From contig OZ251222.1 of assembly GCA_965240325.2 (NCBI GenBank), forward strand, positions 2,108,001 through 2,172,000: a stretch of 64,000 nucleotides of DNA, in the 5' to 3' direction. The DNA is from Rebecca billardiae RCC1528. Its lineage: Eukaryota > Protista > Haptophyta. The notes beneath the pieces were generated by a model. The model did no database searches, was not told the origin of the DNA, and saw nothing but the letters and a program-made list of their open reading frames with translations. A program made the translations under genes and the position numbers. Shown piece by piece: positions 11,001 to 22,599 of this stretch; position 1 is the stretch's first letter, and the number at the start of each line of letters is the position of its first letter.

Positions 11001-13012
11001 TCAGAGCTCGCCCTCTGCGCTGCGCACGTCGACCGCGCCGCCGTCGTCGAGCGTCGGCCCGTCGTCCGTCTCGTCCACCCGGACGGCGAGCACGCGCTTG
11101 ATCTTGCGCGCGTCGCAGTCCTTGATGACGAACTTGCAGCTGGCGGCGATGATCTCGTCGCCCGCGTCCGGGATCTCGCCCGCCTGGTGGCAGAGGTAGC
11201 CGGACAGCGTGCCGAACTCGCGCAGCTCCTCCTCGGAGACGTGCATGCCGAGCGCGTCGCACGCCTCCTCGAGGTCCGCCATCCCGTCGATCACGAACGA
11301 GCCGTCCTCGTTCGTCACGATCTGCCGCTCCTCTGTCCTGTACTGCACGTCGTCCGCCTCGTCGTAGATGTCGCCCACCAGCTCCTCGAGAATGTCCTGC
11401 GGTGGCCGAGCACGCGGCGCGGCGGCGGTTAGGCGCGCGCGCGGCGCCGCGGGCGAGGTGGCTCGTATGCGCGGTCGCGCCGCGCCGCGCGCGCGACCGC
11501 GGCCCCGGGCGCACCTCGAGGGTGACGATGCCGGCCGTGCCTCCGTACTCGTCGACGACGATGAGCATGTGCATCCGCTTCTTGCGCATTTCCTGCGCCG
11601 AGCGAGAGCAGCCGCCGCGGGCGCGCGGGATCGCTGTGAGCCACGACGCGGCCGCTCGGCCTCGCAGCGGCGCGCACCGACGCGCACCCGGCGCGGCGCG
11701 GCCGTGCGCGCGCGCAGCCGAGCGCGGCCGGCGCGGCGTGGCGCGGCCGTGGCGCGGCGCGCACCTTGAGGGCGCTCATCACCGGCATAGTCTGCGGGAC
11801 AAAGTCGGTCGGCTCCATCAGGTCTGAGACGGTGACGCCTGCCCTCACCCCCTCCGCGCTCACCCACGCGTCGCGCGCGTATGTGAGCAGCGACTGCGCG
11901 CGCGTGACGCCGATGATGTTGTCAATCGTCTCCTCATACACGGGTATTCGTGAGTACTTTGTGGTGTCGATCATGTCAAAGAGCTCGCGCACGGTCGCGT
12001 TGGCGTCGATGGCGACGACGTCGACGCGCGGCTTCATCACCTCCTTCACTTGCGTGTTCTCCATGTCGAGGACGCCCTCGATCATCTCCACCTGGGCGCA
12101 GCCGGCCGCACGGCACGGCAGCGCAGCGCGCGCGCGGTCAGCGCCAGTGCTGGCTGGCTGGGCCGCGCGGGGCCCCGGTGGTGCCGCCCCGGAGCCCAGG
12201 GTGCGTAGCAGCCCGGACAGATCGCCCAGCCGTCGGCCCAGCTGACGCCCTTCCCCTCCCGCGCGCGCGCGCGACACGGTCACGGCCCGCCAAGGCCCCT
12301 CATCCGCACGCCCCGCCCGCCCCGCGCACACATCCCTGCCGGCCAGTGGATGCGGGAAGGCGCGCAGCGCCGGCCGGCCGTCGCATGCGCGCGCGCCGCG
12401 GGCGCGGCTCACCTCGTAGTTGGCAATCGAGCCCGATCTCATCGCGCCCATGAGCATGAGCTTGAGCTCGGGCTGCGAGACGCCGCCGTCGCCCTCGCTC
12501 TCTTCCTGCACGCCTATCAACCTCGTCAGCGCGCTCGTGATCCCCGAGACGATCACCGAGACCGGCTTGAGGAGGGTGGTGAGCGTGTTGATCAACGGCA
12601 TGCTCAGCCGTGCCAACGGCTCCGCCTGCGACACCGCGACGGTCTTGGGGAGGATCTCGGCGAAGATGAGGGTGAGCAGCGTGAGCGCAAAGGTGGCGAT
12701 GTTGAGGGCCTTCGGCCCGAACACCTGCGAGATGATCAGCGTCGCGAGCGCCGTCGAGTACACCGTGCAGATCGTCACGCCGATGAGCAGCGTCGTGAGC
12801 ACGCGGGAGATGTCGTCCTGCAGTGTTGAGAACGACGAGCCCTCGCCTTCCTCCGCGACGATCTTCTTGATCTTCCACGGCCACAGCGTGGTGATCGCCG
12901 TCTCGGCGGCGGCGAAGCCGGCGGCCATGACGAAGAGTATCGCCCAGCCCGCAATCCGCATCGGCAGGCCGCGCGGGTTCACGTCGGTCGGCACTGCGCC
13001 CATGGCGCCCAT
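11001..13012 (-). CDS. CNNM/DUF21 + CBS-pair + CorC_HlyC Mg2+ transporter (5' end lost in assembly gap)
   Basis: DUF21 (AAETAITTLWPWK, LIFAEILPKTVA), CBS domains ([56 protein letters not shown]) and a CorC tail. Inferred introns are 12092-12412, 11593-11764 and 11397-11514. Confidence 0.9.
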
Positions 13013-13112
13013 NNNNNNNNNNNNNNNNNNNNNNNNNNNNNNNNNNNNNNNNNNNNNNNNNNNNNNNNNNNNNNNNNNNNNNNNNNNNNNNNNNNNNNNN
13101 NNNNNNNNNNNN
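13013..13112. other. Assembly gap (100 N)
   Basis: Run of N. Confidence 1.
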
Positions 13113-13768
13113 GGCGTCGGCTGGCTGCTCGCCGCCGTCGCCGTCCTCGTCCTCACCGTCGGCGTCACCGCCGACCGGACGATGTCCGCCGCTTACCGCG
13201 GCGCCGTCACCATCACCCACGTACGCGCCACCGTCAGGTGCGCCCAGCGACGAGTGCCCCCCCTCGACCAGGTCGGTCTCGTCGATGCGTACGTCACGCA
13301 AGTGAAGAGACGTCCGTCGTCTACACGACATACGTACCAGAGTACGTTGAAGCCACGGAGCTGCTCCGCGCGCGGCGCGCGCTGATCGCCGCCGCCGCTG
13401 CCTCCTCCGCCCTCGCAGCCAGTCGGTATCTCTCCGCCGTCTTGGCCGCCGCCACGATCCCCGCCGTCGCCACCGCCGCCTGAGCCAGGCGATGAGCTTC
13501 GTGCGTGGACGTGTGGGTGCCGCCGCCACCACCGGGCGTACGACCACCTGGTTCGGTGCGCCCAGCGCCGCCGAGCCACTGCCGCGCGCTGCTGCGCGCA
13601 CACACGCCGCACCGGCGTCCTGCGCCGTGCGTGTGCTTCCGACGCCTCAGCGTCGGGTCCCCACCTGCCGCCGAATGATCTCGGCCCGCAGCATGGAATC
13701 GAGCTGAACCTCCCGGCGTGGGCCGAGTGCCATGCACTGCCCCGCCGTCACCCCGCACTCGCGACTTG

Positions 13769-13990
13769 CGCGCGCGCGGATACCGCGACTCAAAGATCGC
13801 GCCAGCGCCGCCGTCTCGGCGGCACTGCCAGCTGCGCCTCGCGTCAGCTGCAGACGTAGTCTCGGCACCGCTGCGCCGCCCCGTCATGATCCCGCGCTCG
13901 CGCCTCGCGCGCGCGCGATTCCCGCGACTCAACAGTCGCGCCAGCGCCGCCATCTCGGTGGCACTGCCAGCTGCGCCTCGCGTCAGCTGC
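13769..13990. repeat. Imperfect direct repeat, ~83-bp units about 139 bp apart
   Basis: ..CCGCGACTCAA..TCGCGCCAGCGCCGCC.TCTCGG.GGCACTGCCAGCTGCGCCTCGCGTCAGCTGC occurs at ~13769-13851 and ~13907-13990. Confidence 0.8.
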
Positions 13991-15041
13991 CGGCGTAGGA
14001 CCAGTGCCAAGCACTGCCCGCCGCCGTAACGGCGCTCGTGTCGCCAGATTCCACCCGGACGATTCCGATAGATCCGGGTGTGCCAACCGCCGGACCTGTG
14101 TCCAGTCCGGTCGTGCCAGCCGTGCCAGCCGGACCGCAAAACCCAGTCCAGCTGCCAGCCGCCATCCGGTGCCCTAGACCACCGGACAGGTTGATGAGCC
14201 AGCCCCTCCGAGTAGATCGCCGAGCCCGCCGTCGCCGCCGTCAGCTGCCGTGCAGCCACCCGGCGCTCGGGGTGCGTGCTCGCGCCGATCGTGCCAGTAG
14301 CGCTGCTCAGTCATCCGCCGCTGCACGCAGTAGTTCTCCTGCACCAGCTGCATCCGCTCAGATCCAATCGTGAGCTTCCGGGAGGCTGTCGTGTCGGGCT
14401 CATCACCGACAGGTACTGTTCCTCCCAATCGACGCGAAGTTCCGCGTCCGGGCCATGCGCGGAGATGATGCCGATGATCCCTGGCATCGTAGCGCCATGC
14501 CCCATCGAGAGCGTCGCCAGTTTGCCCGCGCTCTCGGCCAGGAACCTCTGCTGCATTCCATGCGACGCCAGAGTTCCTCGTTCCGCCCATCCTGCAACCG
14601 CGGCCGCTCGTGCCCATCAGCCCAATCGATGAGAAAGGACAGTGCGGACAACTCCCTCCCTGGGGTTGCTGCGCGCATATTGGGATTACCGCAAGCTCCG
14701 AGCGTCTCGAGCCCTGCTAAAAGCTCACCGCGCACGACAGGACGGACGCCACCGCGAGGATCACATGCCTCGCGATCTCATCAGCTCTCAAGCCTCTGAA
14801 CCTGGCCCTTATTTCCGGCGCTCTTGCGCCGGGCCAAAACAGCGATCGAGCTCCGATCGCTCCTGGGCTCGGGGCGGTAGTATCATCGCCGTGCCGACTT
14901 ACCCAGATTTTGCCGCGATCAGCCAATCGGCGATCGCACCGTCCGTCCTGTTGCCGCTCAACTTTGTACCACTGCTTCTCGTCCATGTCCGGTGCTGCTC
15001 ACCTGCTTTCCTTGGACAAATCCAGTGTACCAGCATGACGC

Positions 15042-15330
15042 CCGCGCTGCTCCGCGCTGCTCCGCGCTGCTCCGCGCTGCTCCGCGCTGCTCCGCGCTGC
15101 TCCGCGCTGCTCCGCGCTGCTCCGCGCTGCTCCGCGCTGCTCCGCGCTGCTCCGCGCTGCTCCGCGCGCTCCGCGCTGCTCCGCGCTGCTCCGCGCTGCT
15201 CCGCGCTGCTCCGCGCTGCTCCGCGCTGCCCGCGCTGCTCCGCGCGCCCCGCGCTGCTCCGCGCTCCCGCGCCGCTGCGCCCGCGCTGCTCCGCGCCCGC
15301 GCCGCTGCGCCCGCGCTGCTCCGCGCTCGC
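15042..15330. repeat. 10-bp tandem satellite (CCGCGCTGCT)n, degenerating rightwards
   Basis: Near-perfect array from ~15042 to ~15228, then variant units. Confidence 0.95.
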
Positions 15331-17560
15331 GCGTCTGCTGCCGCGCGCGTCCTGGACGCGCGCGCTGCCAGCCACTGCTCCGCAGCAGCTGCTGCCGCCG
15401 GCCCGCCTGATGCGGCGCCAGCCCTGACACCCCAGCGGCAACGCCATCTGCTGAGATGCGTGCCCCAGACTGTGCCAGTTCATCCGCACTGCTGCTCTGC
15501 AGCAGCTGCGCCGCCGGTCTGCCTGCTGCAGCACCGGCCCTGACTCACCGCCGGCGACGCCATCTGCTGAGATGCGCGCCCCTGGCCTCGTCAGCTCAAC
15601 ACACTACACATATAATATTGCCCGTTCGTGAGCCTCTTCTGAGACATTACGGGGCTCTCGAAACGAAGGCGTGTGGCTTCGGCCTATGGCAATGGGCCCT
15701 GGTAACCACTGGGGGGAGGGTGAGGGATGGCCCCGAACCTCGCCTTCGGCTGGCTGGCCCGGCCCAGCTGACTGACCAGGCAGCAGCCCCGCCGAATCGG
15801 TTTAACTCATCGATCGACGTGGCGTGTGCGGAAGCCACGATCTCCGTATGTTCTGCGTCGCCCCGGTAACCGGGTAGAGCATCGCATACGGGAGTAGTTA
15901 ATGAGCGACTATTGGAGTGGAAGGAATGAACAAAGGAATCAACTTTGGAATGAACGTATCCTTGACGAAAGGTGTAATCCGACCAGCTTGTAGTGATGAT
16001 TACTCACCTCGCGCTTATTTAAGCAGCGGTCGACTGGTCGAGCAGCTACTCGCGCTCGGTGTCACACGGGTATCCGGCGAGTCCGGATAGCCCGACACCT
16101 CTCACGCCCGGCCGTCCACGATTGAATAGGGGAATCTTGTGGGCGCATCCATTTCCTCGTAATACATGTCTAATAAAGAGGGTCTCAAAAATATTGAAAC
16201 TCGGTGTCCGCCAGCCCTAAAAATCACCCCCCGTCCCTTTATTGACCCGTTGCACGGGTGAGTGACCGTAGGGCGGTGAAAATGCGACGTACCGGTGAAA
16301 ATACGGTTTTGCAACTAGCGCTGGGCGATGGCGGCCGGGCGCGACGAACCGAGCGGATTGGTGCACGGGGAATCCAATTCCCCGTGCACCAATCCAATCC
16401 GTTCGTCGCTAGGTGGTGCCGTTGCCGAGATCGAGCTGCAAAACCCTCAGCAGGTGGTCAAGAGAAGCCAAACGGGGAGGGCTGTCACAACGCGTGCGCC
16501 GCGGTGGGATGAGAGAAGGGCTTGCCTCCCAAGTGCAGCTTTGGCAGCGTTCCCTCTTGCGGCAGTGGAAGCCGACGACGAGGAGGATGACGACGCAACT
16601 GCTGACGACTGCTGCGAAGCAGCAGCGGTGACACTCTGCGGTGCACAGCTGCCACCGCGCGCGCAGCGCGACTCGGACTCGGGTGATGGCGACAGCAGCA
16701 CAGCAGTCCTCATGAAGACGATGAAGCTGCGTGCACGGGTGCGCGAGGTGGCAGGCGAAAGCGCGCCGACGAGACAGCACTTGACACGCCTGAGCGCACG
16801 CCCATGCTCGCTGAGCGCGAGCGCTGCAAGTGATGCAACTACAGTGCGCGCCGCGCGGCAAGTGGATGCAGGCTGTACTGCGGCACTGCGGCCGCGGTCA
16901 TCGTCTCTTCACTACTTGTCGACTGCTGCTGCGGCGGGCCGGGGGCACTACCCGGCACGCGCGGCGTAGCGCGCTAAACGGAGGTGATGGTAGACGCGCT
17001 GTCACGCTCCCGCCGCCGCCGCCGCCGCCGGCAAGACTATCGTCGTCACTATCGTCGTCACTCTAGGCCGCCGAAGTGTCGTTTTTTCGGCGCTCATGCT
17101 TGCAACGGGTCTATTTTTCTTGACAAAGATCCGAGTAGTAGCGTCTCTTATTCTTAGTAAACTGTCGGCGCGCTGTTGCATCGGCGCCCAGTCGGTGAGT
17201 TCGGACGACGACGTTTTGTGGACGACGGTGGGGCAAGGACGACGGGCGCTGGCGCGCCGCGAGGCGGCCGCAGCCCTCATCCAGGCCTCGCAGGCGGACG
17301 GCTGAACGAATTTTCCGGCGGCGCTACCATCGGCGACGGCTTCATGGGCGGTGACAGTTGGCGGGCGCCAATGTCGCCTGCCTGAGCTGTGTGCGTCTCT
17401 TATTCTTAGTTATTAGTAAACTTAGAGACTGTCTGAGTTTCAAGTTATTGCGCCGCTCAGAACCCGGCGGTGCGGTTATGGCCCGCACTTAGTGGGCTCC
17501 ACGCCGCGCGCTCCGGCCTGGACCGCGGGCCACAATGGTAGTGAGCCATATCACTGATAA

Positions 17561-19618
17561 CTAGGATGCCGACACTGAGGGGCGGCGTGCTGCGACGGTC
17601 CGAAAGCAGCTGCTCAGTCGCGCGCGTGCCACAAGCGCAGCAGGCGTGGGCAGCGCTGAGATGCGCCAAGCCTTGAGCAGCCCGACCAACAGTGCGACGC
17701 CCAGCGCCGCCGTGCAGGCGACGCCAGCTGCGGACGACGTCCGCCGAGCACACCTGAGCCAGCCCTGCCGCGACACGCCAGCGAGTGCCTCCTGCGAGTC
17801 CGAAGGTGTGGCGGGCTCTGCAGTGAGTACACGTCCGCCACAGCCAGGTGCGTTCGGCTGGTCGTCCGCGGCCCGGTGCAGCGCGGGTGCGACAGACGGC
17901 CGATCGCCAGCCACGCCCGGCAGCGCAGCCGCCCCCTCGGCCGGCTCGCTCACAGCGGCCGGCAGAGCCGACTCGCCGCGCTCGCCAGCGGTGCCGTTCC
18001 TCGCACCCACGGGCTCATGCGCACGGCCCGAGCCGCCTGCCGGTGGCTCGCGCGCGTTGCGCACGCCGAGCTTGCCCGTGCGCCGGTCGATGGTGACCTC
18101 CATGCCCGCGGCCTCGAGCTCCTCGGCGTTGACCACCTGCCGCGGCGTGCGCTCGAGCTGCGCGACGATCGCCTGGTTCGCCGGGCAGCCCTCGCACGCG
18201 TTGCGCACGGCGAAGAGCGCCCACTCGCGCAGCTGTGCGTTGTCGTCGTCGTCACGGCACGCGTGCAGCAGCGCGACGAGCCCTTCGGAGTCGGCGAGCT
18301 CGGCTTGCGCGCGGGGGTTGCGGAAGCACACGTTCGCAAGGAGCCGCGCGAGCGCGGATTTGAGCCCGACCGCCGCCCCGCGGCTGGCCGCGCGCGAGTG
18401 CCGCCGGCCGCCGGCTCCGGTCGCAGGCGGGTCGCGAGCGAGCACGGGAGGAGCCCAGTCGAGGCCGGCCCTGAGCGCAAGGCTTGCGGCACGCACCACG
18501 CCGTGCGCGCTCGCGGCGTCGCGCGCGCCGGCCAGGTCGCACGCGACGAGGGAGCCGAACGTGTGCACGAGCGCCCGGAGCACGTCGAGCTGCTCCGCGT
18601 CCGCATCCGGAGGGCGTGCGCGGGCCGAGCGAGCGTACGCGCCCGCGCTCATCGCCGCGAGCGCGTGACATTCCTGAGTGCACGCGCCCGCGCACCAGTC
18701 GAGCACGTGGGGCGGCAGAGGGCGGACGTCGGGAGGCGCGCGCACGCCGAGCGCCTCGAGCACGCGCAGCAGCCGCGAAGAGGCGAAGCGTGCCCGCCGA
18801 CCCGCGCCGCGGCCGCTCTCGCTCTGGCTGCGGCTGCTGACACTCAGCGCATCGGAGCCGTCTGCGTCCGCCGCGCCGGTCGCGTTCGCCTGCTGAGCCT
18901 CGCGAGCCTCGGTGGGCACGTCGGCGCGGAGGGAGGCGAGCGCGGCGGGCAGAAGCCCGGCATGGACGAGAAGACCCACCGTCTCCAGCGCCCAGCAGAA
19001 CGACGGCGTCTCGCTTGCGTTGGCGCTGCTGGCCTGCGGCGGGGCCTTGGGCAGCCCAGTCGCGTGCGCTGCACGTACAAGCGCGCGCACGCTCGCTGCG
19101 CACGCGGCGATGTGCTCGAGACGGGCGCGCTCGGCGAGGGCGCAGTTGTAGATGCACATGCACGCGCAGTCGCGCACGCCAGCGTCGTCATCGTCGGCCA
19201 GCTCGGTGAGCAGCGGTGGGAAGCCCACGCGCCACAGCCATGCTTGCACGCGCATGTTGCGCACGCATGCGTTCGCCAGCACCTGGCCGCAGAGCCGCGC
19301 GGCGAGGAGCACGCCAGCGTCACGGGGCTGCGCGCGGATCCACCTGAGCATCGCGAGCACCTCGTCCAGGGCGCCGTCTTCGAACAGTCGCACCTGAGCT
19401 TCCGGGCACTCAGCACACAGGTTGCGCAGCAGGCGGAGCGCGTCGTGCGTGACGGGGAGCGCGGCCAGAGCGTGCGCCTCGCGCAGGCCGATGAGACCGC
19501 GACAGCCCTGCAAGACGTCGCGCGTGCAGAGTGAAGCGCGCATGCTCGGCTCACATTCGCGCGACGTGCGGACGGCCTCTTTGAGCGGCTGCCGCAGCGC
19601 GTCCAGCATGTCGGTCAT
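17561..19618 (-). CDS. ATXN10: Ataxin-10-like armadillo-repeat protein
   Basis: C-terminal ataxin-10 domain (LLANVCFRNPRAQ...DDDNAQLREWALFAVRNACEGCPANQAIV) and N-terminal 'LRLLRNLCAECPEAQ'. 685-aa single ORF. Confidence 0.85.
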   Translation of the reverse strand: MTDMLDALRQPLKEAVRTSRECEPSMRASLCTRDVLQGCRGLIGLREAHALAALPVTHDALRLLRNLCAECPEAQVRLFEDGALDEVLAMLRWIRAQPRDAGVLLAARLCGQVLANACVRNMRVQAWLWRVGFPPLLTELADDDDAGVRDCACMCIYNCALAERARLEHIAACAASVRALVRAAHATGLPKAPPQASSANASETPSFCWALETVGLLVHAGLLPAALASLRADVPTEAREAQQANATGAADADGSDALSVSSRSQSESGRGAGRRARFASSRLLRVLEALGVRAPPDVRPLPPHVLDWCAGACTQECHALAAMSAGAYARSARARPPDADAEQLDVLRALVHTFGSLVACDLAGARDAASAHGVVRAASLALRAGLDWAPPVLARDPPATGAGGRRHSRAASRGAAVGLKSALARLLANVCFRNPRAQAELADSEGLVALLHACRDDDDNAQLREWALFAVRNACEGCPANQAIVAQLERTPRQVVNAEELEAAGMEVTIDRRTGKLGVRNAREPPAGGSGRAHEPVGARNGTAGERGESALPAAVSEPAEGAAALPGVAGDRPSVAPALHRAADDQPNAPGCGGRVLTAEPATPSDSQEALAGVSRQGWLRCARRTSSAAGVACTAALGVALLVGLLKAWRISALPTPAALVARARLSSCFRTVAARRPSVSAS

Positions 19619-20409
19619 CCTCGATCCGTCGATCGCCGCGCACAGCCCCTCTTTCGAGTTGCCGGACGCGGACGCACCCGCCCGGATCGAGGTTTCGGTC
19701 CTTCTGACGAAGTTTTTATCGGTCTTTATTTTCGGGCTTTCTTCTCGGGGTTCGGAACCAGTTCACATAGCGCAGTAGTGTATCATCAATACTATCATCA
19801 CTGACTCGGATAACGGGATAACGATGAGCAGTGCCAGTGGTAAGACGATTCCAATTCAGCAATTCAGACTTCAGTGACTGTCAGCACTGTGTCAGCCAAC
19901 GGCATGCGCGCGGCATGTGTCACCGCTCCGACTCCGTGCCCGCACCGACACGGCCAGCCGCGTGCCATCAAGCAAATAGCAATGAAGGCAAGCGGCGGGA
20001 ACCGCGCGGGAGCTCCGTGGTCGGGGTGTCCACGCTCAGCAACGCTGCAATTGGTCTGGCTGAAAAGCGCGAGGTGCGCGCATCGCCTGAGACAGCATGC
20101 GCGGTAGCATCTGTCCGGTCCGTGGGAGTGCGCGCAGGTGAGGGAGGTATGCTGGCACACGTGCTGGGGAGGACCTCCAGCGCGAGAGATGAGGCGGGTG
20201 GATCCCTCCTCCATCCGCGTGTGATGCGCTGCACGGCTGCGGGCGGGCGCGGAAGCATCGCGCCCAGGCGAGGTCCGTCGGGTATGCCGCCCATCCCCGT
20301 GATGCGCACGGCGCGAGGCATGCGGTGCAGCAGTGCCGCAGTGAGCGCATGCCCGCGCTGAGGTGCTCGCCGCGCCGCCTGCGCTGCGAGCCGGCACCTT
20401 GTGGCAGCC

Positions 20410-21903
20410 TTACGCCGCGTGCTGCGGCGCGACAGCATAGTGCGGGCCGGGAGGCAGGAGCACGCGCTGGCCATCGGGGGTCATGGCCATCGGCGGCTGG
20501 CCCGAGACCATGCGCGGCCCCGCGTCGGGCGTGTTCGAGAGGAGCTGCGCGCCGTAGCCGGGGTACACAGCGCCCGCCTGGGACATGGGCATCATCTGGG
20601 GCTGCTGCTGCGGCTGGTGCGGCACCCCCGCGCTGCCTGGTGGCATCGCGCCCGGCTGCTGCTGCTGCTGCTGCAGCATCGGTGGCTGCTGCTGCATCGG
20701 CGGCGGCGCGCCCTGCTGCTGCTGCTGTTGCTGCTGCTGCTGTTGCTGCTGCTGCTGTTGCTGCTGCTGTTGCTGCTGTTGCTGCTGCTGCTGCTGCGGC
20801 TGCTGCTGCTGCTGCGGCTGCTGCTGCTGCTGCGGCTGCTGCTGCGGCTGCAGCTGCGCACCAGCGGGCGGCTGCTGCTGGATGTAGACGACGCCGCCGT
20901 CGCCCGGCTGCTGATGCTGGTGCTGGTGCTGGTGCTGGTGCTCCATGCCGGGCGGCATTTGCGGCATGCCGCCGGCGAGCTGCATGCCAGGCGGGGGTGG
21001 CGCCTGCGCCTGCCCCTGCGCGTGCGGCGGCGGCGGCGGCGCACCCTGCTGCTGCGGCGGCGGACCGCGGCCGTCGTGCTGGGTCGCGTGCGACGGCGGC
21101 GGGGCTTGCATTGCCATCTGCGCCGGCACGCCACCGACGTTGACGATGTGCATGCCGGGACCGACCGGCATGCCGCCCATGGGCTGGCCCTGCATCTTGG
21201 CTCCGCCGCCGCCCGAGCCATACGCATAGCGCTCCATCTCGGCGAGCTGCTGCGTGATCTCCGCCATCGAGCCGAGGAGCTGGCGCTCGACGCCCGCGAC
21301 GTACTCGCGCAGACGCTCCATCTGGTAGATCAGCACGTTGTCCGCGCCGCCCGCGGGGATGCCGCCGCCGTTCGGCATCGCGGGCGCGCCTGCCACCTGC
21401 ATCGGCACCTGGCCGCCGTTGCTGTAGTACTGCTCGTACGGGCTGGCCATGATGCCCCCGCGCATCTTCTTCGAGGCGACGCGCCGCCGGATGTTCTTCA
21501 GCGCGGCACGGTCCCCCTTGACGAAGTGCTCGTGCCCGAACTCGAGGGTCGCGCCTGCGACCGGCGGTGTGTGGCAGCGCTTGAAGCCATACGTGAGCAG
21601 CTGGCGCGTGAACGACGCGAGCGAGTTGTGCTTGAAGTAGAGCGGCAGGAGGTCGCGCGCGAACAGCGTCGCGTTGGTGATGCGGAACGTCCGGCCCTCC
21701 TTGCCCCACTCGATGTGCTTCGCCGCAGGCGAGTCCACGAGCTCGTACAATTTGGACAGGAACGGCGGAAGGGACGCGGTGTCCGAGTCATCCGCGACCC
21801 CAGCCCCGTCCGGATCTGACTTGGCCTGGGAGCCAGGCTGCGAGTTGGTGGGCGGCGCGCCCTGGCCATCCGCACCCGGGACGACCATCGCGCCGGTCTC
21901 CAT
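20410..21903 (-). CDS. HSF: Heat-shock transcription factor family protein with polyQ tail
   Basis: HSF DNA-binding domain (PPFLSKLYELVD...IEW...F...LLPLYFKHNSLASFTRQLLTYGFKR...EFGHEHFVKG...LKNIRRR), a short coiled coil and a Gln/Pro-rich C-terminus. Start taken at METGAM (21903). Confidence 0.9.
   Translation of the reverse strand: METGAMVVPGADGQGAPPTNSQPGSQAKSDPDGAGVADDSDTASLPPFLSKLYELVDSPAAKHIEWGKEGRTFRITNATLFARDLLPLYFKHNSLASFTRQLLTYGFKRCHTPPVAGATLEFGHEHFVKGDRAALKNIRRRVASKKMRGGIMASPYEQYYSNGGQVPMQVAGAPAMPNGGGIPAGGADNVLIYQMERLREYVAGVERQLLGSMAEITQQLAEMERYAYGSGGGGAKMQGQPMGGMPVGPGMHIVNVGGVPAQMAMQAPPPSHATQHDGRGPPPQQQGAPPPPPHAQGQAQAPPPPGMQLAGGMPQMPPGMEHQHQHQHQHQQPGDGGVVYIQQQPPAGAQLQPQQQPQQQQQPQQQQQPQQQQQQQQQQQQQQQQQQQQQQQQQQQQGAPPPMQQQPPMLQQQQQQPGAMPPGSAGVPHQPQQQPQMMPMSQAGAVYPGYGAQLLSNTPDAGPRMVSGQPPMAMTPDGQRVLLPPGPHYAVAPQHAA
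20713..20796 (-). repeat. CAG/CAA repeat encoding 28 consecutive Gln
   Basis: 84-nt (CTG/TTG)n tract on the + strand. Confidence 0.9.
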
Positions 21904-22599
21904 CGCGGCGCTCGAGCGACGGGCTGTCGCGGACGCGCGGCGCACTGTGAGGCCTGCTTTGCTCCGGCTCTGAGGCCGGTGGCCCTCGCGAAGCCGAACG
22001 GCAGCTTTTGGAAGACTCTGCAAGGCGCCGCATTGGCTAATTTCGATCCCGTCGGCCCGTCGAATCGCCGATGTGGACCCCCCCCCCCCGATTGCAGAGT
22101 GCCCAGATCGATCTTCGCGAAGGTGCTTGCTCCTATTGGACACCTTCCAAGGTCCCCCTCCCGTTCCACCAGAAAACAATGGCCACGCGGCATTGTCATG
22201 GCAATGGCATTCGTGATGCCGACTGTGACTGACGTGTTTCCGACGGTCCGCCTGGGCCCTGCGCAGGCGCGGCGCGGGCTGACACGCTGACCGACAGTGC
22301 TCGCCTGCTACCTGACATCACGGGCTACTCAGCAGGCGTATGCGCACGCGCGGTAGCGCCGGGTGAGTTCCGGAACGGGCCACGCACGGGTCGGCCGCCG
22401 CTCAACACCCGCCGCAAGCGCAGCGCGCGGCGCAAACAGCAACTCATCGACAGCAGAGCGCGTGGATCGCCACGACGTCGACCTCGCGGCGTCGCCCGCC
22501 CGCTCCCGCCCCTTCTCAACGGCCGTGGCCCCGCGTGCGCCCCCATGTGGTCAGGGAGCTGATGCCGGAGGCTCGAGTCCGTCCTCATGAGTTTTCTGG

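Noticed and set aside
15042-15330. Possible CRISPR-like array
   Set aside because: Head-to-tail 10-mers with no spacers, in a eukaryotic context with no cas genes.
15602-15995. CACTACA...TGTAGTG as CACTA transposon ends
   Set aside because: Only 7 bp of inverted match and no target-site duplication.
20585-20887. Poly-Cys / poly-Leu / poly-Ala ORFs
   Set aside because: Alternative frames of the HSF CAG repeat.
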